From Amoebophrya sp. A120 (lineage: Eukaryota > Protista > Dinoflagellata): 64,000 nucleotides of DNA. Made by a program: the position numbers and the translations under genes. Shown here one piece after another: positions 1 to 11,930 of this stretch. Under the pieces are notes generated by a model. That model was not told the origin of the DNA, did not search any database, and saw only the letters and a list, made by a program, of their open reading frames with translations. The stretch covers positions 8,879,642 through 8,943,641 of the forward strand of contig CAJINV010000001.1 of the NCBI GenBank assembly GCA_905178155.1, given 5' to 3'. Position 1 is the stretch's first letter. Every line of letters begins with the position of its first letter.

Positions 1-698
1 TTTTCTCGAGCGACCGCACGCAAGACGACGAGACAAACACTAACACATGCGAGACTAATAAATGTGGAATCGTTCATCGATAGTTCGTCGTGTGACCGGA
101 CGACAAACAGCAAGACGATGTTCTTGAGCTCGATGAGATTTGTGTATTATCGAACGTGTCTATTCTGACCGTGCGTCGGGTGTCAGTTCATGGCGTATTT
201 ATGATGCCTTCCAAGTTCTTCGTGGCGGAAAGGAACAGCGAATCTCGTTCCTGAATGCAACAATATTTTTCTCATTGCCTCACATGGTAGAGAATAGAAA
301 CAGTAGAATAACTTATAGGATATCTTTCTAAATCGCAAAAATAGATATTCCAGCAGACGTCCGGCAAGGACGACATAGAACTTTCGTGCACTTCCACTGT
401 GGTCGATTGCTCCCAAACGCAAAAATTATTGCGCCCCTCTTTAAGAGCGCATATCCCAAGCCCGCGTCACGCGTTGCCTCGCGTTTGTGAGAGACGAGCC
501 GCTTCGAGCCGTGAAACTCTTCGCAGGTACATCACAATAAGTGCTATAGCATAACTGTGAATCAGCAGACCGCAGTACTAGACCTCGTATTCATTTCTTC
601 TGGTTTTCTTCTAACTCTGACGATATGCATCACACCAAAACGCACAGCACGAAGATTGGCAGGACTTGTAGTCCGGCGGTGTTGCGCTAACCTCGACA

Positions 699-1501
699 AT
701 GAGCACGCCACAGCAGCAGGACGAGCGGGACGACGTTTTTCGGCGTCTTGGCCTGGCCACGGATTCGGAATTCGAAAATCAGCAGAAGCAGAGTCGGTCG
801 CTTTTACTCCGAAACCAAGCCTCCGTAAGCCGGACCAGTGTGCCACAGCCACCATGTAAAATAAGTATAAGAAATTCGAGTTGTGACTGATGGTTCTCTT
901 CCAAAAAAAACGACGAGCATAATTCAAGCAACAACGATTCATTACCGGAGTTCTTTCTACATGTCACTGCCTCGGTGCACATGATCTACTTTGCAAAAAA
1001 CAAACAGCACTGCGACCTGGCGGCGCACCATCGTCATCCATGTATCCGCCACAAATGGGAGCGCCAGGAGGTGGCGACTCTGCTGCTTCATCTTCTGGCT
1101 ACGCTTCCCAATATCAACCTTCGCAGCAGCCCTTCAGCGTTGGAATTAGTGCTCCTTCAAGTTACCAGCAGCAGGCCAGCAGCGCAGCGTCAAACTACTC
1201 TGCCTACCAGCAGCAACGGGAACAACTAGCACAGGCCCAGGCGCAGCAGAACCAGATGCTAGCGGCAAGGAGTAAACTGTACCAGCAACAGCAGCAACAA
1301 CCAGGTGTGCACCTGCCACGCCAGCACATGAGCTCAAGCACCTCCGCGGCTTCAGGTTCCGACGGCGAAGATGCGGACGTTTTGAAGCGCTTAGGTTTGT
1401 GCAGCAACGAGGAGTATGAGCGGCAATCGCGTGCGGAGCTAACGGACGCCGTGCGGTCGCTGCGCAACATGCAGGACCGGCTCGGCGGTGGTCTCATGTG
1501 A
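699..1501 (+). CDS. Hypothetical Gln/Ser-rich protein, 2 exons (699-855, 1008-1501)
   Basis: A GT-AG intron at 856-1007 joins ORF 699 to ORF 1040 in frame (..QPPS|LRPGG..MYPPQ). A similar motif occurs at both ends (DVFRRLGLATDSEFENQ / DVLKRLGLCSNEEYERQ). Confidence 0.6.
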
Positions 1502-3073
1502 GGAGGTGATGTGTTGAGAACTTATCACAGTTATCAGCTTCTTGTTCATCTACTAGGTAAAGAACGACGCCTGAAGCATTTACTTTTTAAACGTGTTGAC
1601 CCTTCCGCCTTGCCGCTGTAGGTAGTACGACGCGACCCCGGGTCCTGGGCCGTGACAAACAATGTACACTTCTTGCGTATATTATCTATCACTATCAGGG
1701 ATATCATCATACGCACAAAAGAACAGATCAACATGAGGCGACTTGACTAGACCCAGAGCGAACGCACGGCACCGTATGTACTAGCAACTTTGGTCTCGTA
1801 CTCGTACTCGCTCATTGTCCAACTCTTCGCCGGCCTACAACAAACTCGAAATGTTCATTTAGAATAAGAGCAAGACCATACTTTTTTTCGATCAAGAACC
1901 TCCGTCGTCCTCGGAAACGACGAGAGGTGAAACCTTAGCACTGAAAATGATCTGGGTCGATATCTGTCAAACAAAGTAGGTCGATCAATCAGTTGTAAAC
2001 TCAAACGGGATCATCTGGAATAATTGCACTTTCACCTGCGGTTGCGATCTTTTTTCGTTGTCGCCTGCTGTTGTAGTGGTAGATCGGAACCAGCATGACT
2101 GTGAGATGATAAAAAGCAAAAATCGCTGTATTTTTGCGGATCGACTTTTACTTTTCTTGTTGTTACCGATCCATCATCATCGATCTCGTTCGCTCCGATG
2201 GATTCAAATGCAGAATGCTTTTCTGTCTCGTCTGGCCGGTATGGTGCTGATCACGTGCGCACAAAAATGAAACGAAATTCCGAGAAGCAACGGATGGCCG
2301 CCAGATCTTGCGGAATAGAAGCCGTGTCATCTCCCTCCCTCAAGTTCCAAATAAAAAGCAACTAATTACGCAACTTTTAGCCTTTATTGGAGTCGACAGA
2401 ACAGACACCTCAGAACAGACGCCTCAGCCAGCGTTCAGAATTCACATTCACCAAAAACAACAGCGACAGTTGGATAGTTGTAAAGTTTTAGTCGATCGAT
2501 TTGAAGAATTTGTCTGTTACCAGCAGAAGCGGAAGTCTCCAAGTGCTGCATTTATTTGAATCTCGACTGTAAAATAAGTCATCCTCTTTTCTACCTTTAC
2601 TTCGGCTTTTGTGTGTGTACCTAGTACTATACTTTTCTACTTGTTCCTTTTTACTTGCACCTCCAGTTGTGTTTCATTGACTTCGAGTTTGTAAGGTGTC
2701 ATTGACTTCACTTAAATTCTATTGTTTCGTTCCCGACGGATTCCAGCGTGGAGAAAGCAATGCAATTGAGCACGAAATTGGACAAGAAAGACTATCACCG
2801 TGAAGGACCCGAAATAAATACTCCGCATTTATTTTCTACTTCCACATCCACATCTGATTCGGAAGTCCAGCATTCGTCATCCACTACTCCGAGAACAGCT
2901 GTCCCGCTGACACTAGCGTCAGACAACTACAGCAGCAGCGAAGAAAGAAAGGGTTTGAGTAATCCAGTGGTCATTTGTACACGAAGCGACCAAGGACGAC
3001 GAGGCTCAGCGAAGGGTGGACGTCGACCACCGAACAAAAATCTTCTCACATCTAAATACAAGTGAGCTGCACG

Positions 3074-5986
3074 ATGAGCGGTGCTCCGCAAATGCCGCCG
3101 GCCAGCGTCAAGCCGCCCACGATCCGGGTGAGCTCGTTGCACGAGGGTCAGGAGGTGCACGCCTTCCACCGCTATTGCCAAGACCCCAATGGAAACTATT
3201 TCATGGTGGACCACAAAACCATGGGCAGCATGCACCCCAGCATGGGCCGCACCGACGGCTGGACCCGGGCAATTATCGTCCAAAACTGGGACGCCACCGG
3301 CTACGATATCAACGTGCAGGAATCCTGGCCCCTCGTCAGGTGGCAACACCCGCTGTGGTATGACAGGAGGGGAAGAAGGTATTGCTGATTATGAAATTCG
3401 TATGATTCCACTAGATCGAGTTACTAGTTTACTATACCAACACCACAGGAGTAGATCTAGATATTTTGCTTTTGCATGATCTTTACCTGCACCTTTTTCC
3501 GCGACTTTCATCTTGTACGTTAGTTTGATGTGGCAGATGAAGCCGCGGCGCTAAGCAAAAGACTTCACCACTTCTCGATGACACCAGATTGGACACGTCC
3601 CAACCGGGGCATGTGACGCAGCGCGTTCCGGCAGAGCAGATCCGAACCTTCCAGAACCCGGAGGAGGCGACGCAGAGGCCAAATCTGTCGATCCTGTCCG
3701 TCCGATGGGGCGGCGCGCAGGTGGTCGACCCGGTCACGGAAGGCGTCGGGGGATGGGGCGTTATTGGCAGCACATGCTCGGATAACTACATCAACTCCTT
3801 TGAAACCCAAGTTTTCAACACGTGTGGACCCACCTACGAGATTTTCTCCTGCTTCATCCAGAACTCCAGCGAGTTGCACAAACTGAAGTCGCCACTCATT
3901 CGCCACCAACTCAGGGGAAAATTCGTGGGCGCACAGTATAATTGACAACTTTGTTGACCATTATTCCCATTAAATGTAATACCGATTTTGGTGACCTACG
4001 AATGACTTCTTGTTTCATATGTTCGAAGCAAGCAGGCCATGATTTTTCGAACCACACGCCCGAAGGACGAATGTGGTACTGCACGACCTGGTCGCTAATT
4101 TTTATTCACGAAAACCGATGCGTCGATTGAAAAACAGGTATTATCTCTGGCCGATTGGTTTCGATGATGGGCACGAGTACCCGGGTTACGTGGAGCGAGA
4201 GGAATTGTTTGCCTTAATCATGTATCACGAGTGCGCTGGCGTGCCGACCCGGTTCCCGCACAATTCGCACCTGTACCGAATGTTCGCTTCAAAGGAGTGG
4301 ACCGCCGCGCAATGTATAACTTTTTCATCTTTATCTACTTCAGCATGGATTTTATCATCATATTAAAATAAAAAGGCGTTTGAAAACTGTAAACTGCTCG
4401 AGGTTCCTGTTTCACATCGATATAGTCGCATGCAAAGCCTTCTTCTAAATTTGATATTGATTTCTTACCAGGCCTGAACCCGCAGCTGCGAACGCCGCTG
4501 ACGACCAAGGTGCCCCGCGCCCTGATCGCCCAGAACCCGGAGCGGGCCGCCGCACAGGCTTATGACGCTTTGAACGCCATGTCCCAGGCTCGAACGAGCA
4601 TTTTCCAGTTTCCGGAGTACACGACCCCGAAGATGATCACCCAGGGCGTTGCAAAGCTTGGATGGAGTTGGGAAGCACTCGACGTCCGGAAGTGGACCAA
4701 CCAGGAATCCCTGCAGAACGCGTTGGTGGACCTGGGAGAACAGCAGGGCAGTCACATGGAATACGTTTTTGTTCAGGTAGAGCTTGTCGCTTCATTTTGT
4801 ATGTACGACGTGCCCAGGCAAAGCGAAGGAAAAGCAATAGAACAAGCAGAAGCATATTGATATTCTTTTATACTTGATGATCCTACTGTGATTTGTCTTC
4901 ATCCTTGAGATGATTGCAAAATCCTGAAACACAGGAATGGGTGGAGTTTGACGTGGAGATCCGAAATTACGTGGTGCTCCCCGACCTCCGAAACCCCCCG
5001 TCGTGCTTGCCGAAGGGAGCCGTGTGCACCATGTTCCAGGAGGAGACCCAGAACGGCGGATTCACCAACTTCACCCGCTTCGGACGGGAAGAGTGCGCGG
5101 CCCGAATTTTCAAGGGGGACAATGCCGCTTTCGACAGCTGCACCGCACAGATTAACGCCTTGATATACAAATGGCTCTGTATAATTCTTTTTTTTTTATG
5201 TTTATCATTATTCCTTTTGCTTCTGTACGGCGACGGCTCGCTGTGAAAAGGCGAAGTGCCCGCTAAAAAGTGAACTTCAGCGTCTCGCGTTCTCCGATTG
5301 AACTATCCATCCAAGTGCAAGTTGTATTTCTATGACGATACCATATCAGTTGCTATCCGAGCGGAGTGTGCGGAACCGCCAGTGTTTGTCCGATTCGATA
5401 TGTTGTGCAAGTACCGTGGAAACGGCGTCTGCGAGGTGATGACGGGAGAGCTGACCGAACTCGGCGGGTGCTTCCTCGGATGGCAAGAGGGCCCGCAAAT
5501 CGTTTTCAATGCGATCATCGACTCCTACTTTGGGCGTCTGTCCGCGAGCTGCCTCCCCCAGTTGAACGGAAAGAATGGTGGTGCGAACCCGGTGGCCACC
5601 GGACCGGGAATCTCGATGAATGGGTTGGTTTCGACGCAAGGCCCGACGAACAAGGTACGTAATAGTTACTGTGATTTTGTTTGATCATTGTTGACGTTGA
5701 AGCTGAAGCATATTGAACGATCGCAAGCTTCCTTTAGTATTACTATTAGTACCAGAAGCGCAATTGTGAATGTGATTATAGTACTGAGGCGAAGGTTATT
5801 AAACTTCATGGAGCACACATCATAAATCTAAAAACCTCTCAGGTTGCGCCCCCGCCCGGAGAACAGAACAATCAGAAGCCGCCACCGCCGCAACAGCAGC
5901 AGAACGAAACTAATGGGACAGTGCCACAGAATAACGTACCCTCACCGCAGGCGAATGGAAACCACGCGTCGCAGCCGCACCAGTAA
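3074..5986 (+). CDS. Hypothetical protein with ATP-grasp-like C-terminal region, 7 exons
   Basis: GT-AG introns at 3379-3587, 3936-4137, 4314-4471, 4777-4934, 5179-5349 and 5655-5842 join ORFs 3062/3589/4073/4510/4914/5298 in frame. Motifs GVAKLGWSW, YVFVQEWV..EIRNYVV and VRFD..ELTE resemble ATP-grasp ligases (inference). Confidence 0.7.
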
Positions 5987-6930
5987 AAAAAAAGCGATTA
6001 TATCGATAGAAGGGAGAATTCGATCAGATTGTGCTGCTCCTCGACAATTATTCATTTACCGCGACTTTCACCGAAGATGAGGTTTATTCATCCTATGTTG
6101 AGTTTTGCAATCACGACGACAAAAATGACGCGCCATGTGTTCTAGATCTAGTGACAGTAATACATCCATCTTCTCGCTCGCCGCAAGTTCCTGTCATTTT
6201 CCTTTTCCACGACTTTTTCCCACCACATGTTGGCACCCTTCACTCAACTTCTTGCTCTTTTACATCTACCAAGTACAGGAAACGATGCCAAGACGGAGAA
6301 GCAGAAGCGCCAGATTTTCTTCTTCTTGGCGTCGGCACAATATGAGCAAGCGATTATGTACGAGATCGTGCAGGTTTTTGTGTACGCATCGTTTGTAAAT
6401 CGACAGCCACGGCGAACAAGATGAAAGCGAAGTATGTTTTGTGAGAAGAAAAACAATCGACATTAGCTCAAGTTAGGGAATCGAACTCGAGAATACAGCA
6501 GGGATCTAGCACCGATCCGGAGCACGCACTGAAGAGCATGATCTATGCCAACGAATGAACCGACGTCACCAAAAATTGAAGAAGATATTGAATATCGCGA
6601 TAAAAAAGTAAAGAGATTGTCCTTGCCGGTGGAGCACTGAACATACGCAGGTGCTGCCGACGAGGCGTGTCCTGTCTCGTACTTTTGCGACAGCGACTAC
6701 GTCCTCACTGGTTTCTGACACGACATGAAAGTCTACCGCTGTCGATGTTCGCCCAAATGCAGTAACGCCAAAAAAATTCTCAACTTTACTAGGAGGCCGA
6801 GACACGACTACGCCGCTGAGCCAAACTTGCAAAAGAACGGTTACATTCCGAATCAAGTTATCAACTCGGAATCACGTTAGTGGAATCAAGTTTACAATAG
6901 AATCAAGTTAATGGAATCAAGTTAGCAGAG

Positions 6931-6967
6931 TCTGGGTTTGGGGTTTGGGGTCTAGGGTTTGGGGTTT
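6931..6967 (+). repeat. Short interstitial telomere-like repeat (TTTGGGG/TCTAGGG)n
   Basis: tctgggtttggggtttggggtctagggtttggggttt, a degenerate form of TTTAGGG. Confidence 0.55.
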
Positions 6968-6977
6968 CTGCTCGTCG

Positions 6978-7025
6978 GCCAGGGCAGCCGCCGCCGGCCG
7001 GCCGGCCGGCGGCGGCTGCCCTGGC
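6978..7025. repeat. Perfect 48-bp GC-rich palindrome
   Basis: gccagggcagccgccgccggccggccggccggcggcggctgccctggc equals its own reverse complement. Confidence 0.9.
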
Positions 7026-7249
7026 AAGTGGCTCTCTCTTCTCGCTGTTGCGCCAAACAATGCGCCCCCGCGCCTTGCCCGCCTTTGTTGTTGGCGCGCT
7101 ATTGCCCCGCCGTGGTTCCCGTTGCTTCCGTGCGCCAGCTCCTTCGTCGGCTGGCGGGCTTTTGGGGCCGCCCGGCGTTCCTTTGGGTTGTAAGTTGCCT
7201 AAAGTTGTTTCGCTTCCAGCTCCTGAATCAACTTGATTCGGCAAACGCA

Positions 7250-7700
7250 CTTCCCGATTTGAACTTGAGCAGGCACATGCACATCTTTGGGCTGCTACAA
7301 TCGAAGCAGCACAATACCGGAGCGATGTAGCGGCTTGGTCGTGACTGGGCGCGCAGCCGAGTCCTGATCTCGGGAAGCTACGCGAACAGCACTTATAATT
7401 GACTGCGCATCTTATGGTCGTCCGTGAAATTAAACCACTACAGATCGGTTAGCGAAAATGGCGCCGGGAGCTGCCCGCGGATGCCGCTTCGCGATTGTCG
7501 CAACCTGCGCCATCACCGTGGTTTCCGGTTTTTCCGCGATCAAAACACGTAGCACTGCCGTAGGCGCATCTGCCAAGACGTCTCGCAGAGCTGCCAGGAG
7601 AACAACTGCGACAGCTCAAGTAGCAAGAAGTAGTGCACGCGCCACTCAAAGTTCTAAAAAAGAGCTGTCCAAGAACACAGCAGTGGGAACAAAGCCTTAG
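7250..7700 (+). pseudogene. Truncated duplicate of the 5' end of the gene at 25563
   Basis: 7250-7696 matches 25355-25801 (447 bp, identical by eye: 208 bp upstream plus the first ~80 codons). It is followed by an in-frame TAG and the repeat. Confidence 0.85.
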
Positions 7701-10065
7701 CCGAAAAAATTCTCAACTTTACTAGTAAAAAAAATAAAATTCTCAACTTTACTAGGAGGCCGAGACACGACTACGCCGCTGAGCCAAACTCCTAGGCCGA
7801 GACACGACTAGGCCGAGACACGACTACTGCCCCGCTAAACCGAAGAAAAAAACGGCGCCGCGGCAAAATTGCTGAGGCCCGCGGGGGCTTTGTGTTTTTG
7901 GCGTTTGCAATTTTTACCCGCGCGGCCGGCGCCGCGGGCGGGGCGGGCAGCCGTTTGACCCTCCGGGGCGCCGCTGGGCTAGGTTTTGCAAGTGGCCATC
8001 TGCTTTTTTTTGTGTGTTTTGCGATTTTTTTCGCGTTTTGCCGCTTTTTTTGCTGTGTTTTGGATATTTTTTTCGTGCTTTGCCGGTTTTCAATCGAGCT
8101 GGCCCCCCCCTCAGCCAATGGCAGGCGAACTTGTTCTCCAACAATTGGCGGGAGAAAACTCGACCGGGAACCGGGAGAACACAAAAAAAAGCAGCAAAAC
8201 GCGAAAAAAAGCTGCAAAACGCGAAAAAAGGCAAATGCCCAGCGCCGGGCTTTCTCTCAGCAGTTGCGACGGGGCCGATTTTGTTTTTCTTCCGCGAACG
8301 GGCCCTGGAGTCTTTCCAACTTTCCCAAACAAGAGGAAAAGTCGCAAAAGTTTCAGCTTCCGTTCGTGGGGGAAGAATGCAGCTGGCTGCGACCGTAGTG
8401 CCACTGTGTATACGGCGTCGGGCGACGGCAGTAGGTGGGCAATCGCATCGCGCGGCGTCTCTTTTCGTTCTTTGCCCCGCTATGTCGCGTATCAAAATCC
8501 ATCGGTCTACGTATGGCAATCCAAAATAATCAGAACAGAGTCCAGATATCAAGCGGCTTTTGAAGCGAAACACGAGGGGAGTACACTTAGGAATCACTTA
8601 GGTCAAATAGTCCTTTATTGAGAAAGTCCACTAGTAAAAAATTCTCAACTTTACTAGGAGGCCGAGACACGACTACGCCGCTGAGCCAAACTTGCAAAAG
8701 AACAGAACGCTTTTTGTGCTCGGATCGCGTCAATAGATACGACCACAGGTGAAGTGAGGTTTTTACAAGCGTTGTTCATTCTCCTCACGACCCTTTACTA
8801 TAGTCTTTTTCTTCCTTTCGCTCGGTAAAATTGCCGCACATCTTCATCAGCGTCCTGGTTCAAATGCAAACGAATGGCTGCTCTTATCGATGAGGCCACT
8901 GGTGTCGCTTGAGAGTTGTCGTCGGTCGTAAATCGTTCATCGCATCGCTCGAAACTGACCAGCTCGGGACGGAAAAGTGGAACGACGACGACGGTAAAAG
9001 CCACTGGTGGGAGCCGACATGAAAACTCCATTTTGATAACCTCACTCGAAACTAGCTCCGCCTGTTTTTTGTGTTTTCAAAAGAAAAAGTTGTGTTGAGC
9101 TGATGTATGAATTGATTCTCACCGCCGTTTTTGTACATCTTTCTTACCAACTAGAAGCCTAGCGTCGACCTCTTGTACCAATTGGTACTGTTCTGGCAAC
9201 GCAGTAATTTTGACTTCGCCACCCCCCTTTTTTTTACGTTGTGTTTGTCTACTTTGCGCAATGGATGCGTGCTAAACCTAAATCAGTGCTTGCCTCTGCA
9301 GGCCGCGCACTTATCTTTGACTCCTTGATGGGACTTCCAGTTGCCGTTGCGTGCACTTACCTACGCGACCATTTTGAATTGTAATTTGTGTAGCCCCGGG
9401 ATGAAATTTCATTTTGCGTAGAAGAACGCAGAAGAATTGTATTCTATCTGACGGTGTTGACTTGGTTGGTGTGGCTGTTCCTCCTTTTCAGTTTTTTCTT
9501 TCAACATAAACGAAAACCAATACTACAAACAGAAGCATTGCCTTGCTTTTGCTGGTCTTGGTCCTGCTTGCAGTACGACTTAATATAGTAAAATTTGAAA
9601 TTTTGAAGAAATTCAAGTCGCCGACGAGCTGATAGATTCTATCATAGCCCTAAAAAAGCGTCTGGCCCTCCAGTAAGTACATGCATCAAGAAGTCTATAA
9701 TCCGTAGCTAAAAATTGAACTCCCGCTCGCTTCATCTTCTCTCGGATTCAACTTCATTATTGATCGGGTATAGATATATCCATTGAAGATCCCTGAGAAG
9801 CCCAAGCCGAGACAACACAATCAAAAGTATAAAAACAAAATCCTGGGATTGTTGTAAAAGGGAGCAATAGATCTCGGAAAATTCGATGCAAGATATTGCT
9901 CGGACGAGGTTGGCTTTTGAAGATCCAGTCCCCCTGGTGTTGTATCCTCGTGGTCCGGGAAATTGTAGGGAACAAGCGAAAGAAGGAGCCAGCAGGAAGG
10001 CGTGAAGAAACAGAAACCTCCTCGGAAGATAGAACGTCGAGTTTCTTCGCCCGTCCGTCCTCGTC

Positions 10066-11930
10066 ATGGTGATTAACAACCGGAGTCATCATCATGTGTT
10101 GCCGGCGGCCGTCGCCGAAGACAACGCTCCCAACGAGAACGATGACATCGTGCATTTCCTCCCGGCATCCCGCAAGCAGCTACAGCACCCGCACGAGCAC
10201 GTGCCTTCGCGCCCCGGCTCCGTTCCCATCGGACCGCCAAGGGAATATCGTGACCCGCCCGGGCTGCCACTTCGGGTATGTAAATCAATGTTGATCTTCG
10301 GTTTGTTCGTGTTGGAATGCATAGCATAGCATGCAAAAATTAAGGATGCAGCTTTGCTTAGTTTTTTGCTCGTTGCTGCTGGTGTTATCGTTCTGGTTCT
10401 TCGTCTTCGACTGGTAATATCACAGCCAGGAAAGAACCAACTGAGCAAGCAATCGAATTCCGATTCGGGAAACGAAAACGAGCATATGCAACATGAAAAA
10501 AAAATCACAGTCCGAGAGCGCGAACGCGGGGCTGACGATGTGGCGCGACCTTTTGGTGGACCAGCGCCCGCCGTCGACGCCGGACCCGTTCTTGCCCCCC
10601 GCGTTGCAGAGCAGCTCGACACCGAAAATTTTTGGCGCGCGGCCCGTTTCCACCCCCCTACCCGACGTGACGCGCAGCAGCAGCGCGAACATCGAACCGC
10701 TGTGGACCTCGGCGTCCTCCTCCCGGGGCAATTCCCCGATCAAATCGCCCAGAACCGCGACCACCTTCCTGCACAAGATGCAACACCACTCCGGGACGTC
10801 GAGCTCCTCCTCGGCGCGGGCGCCGATACCCAGCTTCCACCAGCAGCACCAGGTGTACGTCGTGCAGCAACCGCAGCCGCGCCGCCCCGGGGCCGGCAAC
10901 CTTCACTTCCAGCCGCAGTCGGGCACCAGTGCGGGCGGGAGCTCCACGTCGCACAGCGCCGACGTGGAACACGAACTGCGAATACACGAGCAGGCGCGTG
11001 CCGCCAGCGCACAAGCAGGCATGCTCAAAGCGAGGCCACCGCCCCGCGGGGCGGAACACCTGCACGACGACATACTGCTCGATCCGGAGCACGATGTACC
11101 AAGAATTTTTACCCTTTTGATGTTGCAGGCGAGCTTCGAAGTCGATTTCCGCAAAACAAGACAGAACTTGATAATCTTCTGCAAACGAGTTGGAGTTCGA
11201 GTCATTTAATACTGATGAAGTAGATTCATTTGTGTGAACTGCGCCTGATCAACAACTACAGTTGCCTGCCGATGTAGTGGATCGCAGTGGAAGCATTCCG
11301 ATACACACGCCAAGCCCCATCGGCATCGGCTACCATAATCCGCTTGTGTGGGAAGGCCTGTATCGCCAGTTCCTCGCCGCGGAATCCGCCTACGCACAGG
11401 CAGCACACCACCAGGCAGCGTCTGAACACCACCTCGCTGCGGCTGCTAGGATAGTCAAAGTACGCTGCTTATCTTTATTCCTCTTTCTGTGAAACAGGAT
11501 AGATTTCGTGACGATGCAAACAGTTTCTTGTTGGCTCTGGGGGCATCAACCTGGTACTGGCTGCAACATCGACATAAGTGATTGCATTCGTACGTAAAGG
11601 CAAACGCATTTTTCGTGCAATCCTAATCTGCAGGAGCAGGACGAGTGGCGAAGCCCATGGAGTGGAGTTCCAGAAGATCCCTGGTGGCCAGAGCAAGGTC
11701 GGCCCCCGCACCTACCCCCGCCCTCGGAGAGCTGGTATACATTCGCGTTTCCTTCGTTTGATCTTTTATGGAGATTACATACCATGGGGATGAGCTTGTT
11801 CCATTTTCTATACTTCATCCTCCTCCTCCTCACTACAAATGGTATCACATCACTTGGAAGAAGACATGGTTCGGAACCTCCCAATAGAATAGTTCACCGG
11901 AAAATTTTGGTTGATTTCACTGGGGAATGA
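10066..11930 (+). CDS. Low-complexity Pro/Ser/His-rich coding exons; separate gene or 5' part of the PUF gene
   Basis: In-frame GT-AG joins at 10276-10510, 11096-11261 and 11460-~11633 link ORFs 10066, 10493 and 11262. The 3' end is uncertain. Confidence 0.5.

Larger units (their letters stand above)
6771..8703. mobile_element. Composite repeat-bounded element carrying a captured gene fragment
   Basis: Identical 68-bp direct repeats at 6771-6838 and 8636-8703 (aaaaaattctcaactttactaggaggccgagacacgactacgccgctgagccaaacttgcaaaagaac), with partial internal copies at 7704-7826. The interior holds tandem gaatcaagtt, telomere-like repeats, palindromes and a copy of 25355-25801. No transposase was seen. 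Confidence 0.5.

Noticed and set aside
6461-6472. Dinoflagellate spliced-leader relic (..gctcaag)
   Set aside because: Only a short partial match to the SL 3' end, and not positioned before a gene.
6465-6550. tRNA-like B-box (gttcgattcc) on the minus strand
   Set aside because: The T-stem and cloverleaf do not pair and there is no convincing A-box.
7792-8621. Overlapping F/K-rich ORFs on both strands
   Set aside because: These are translations of the T-rich/A-rich foldback repeat with no protein motifs.
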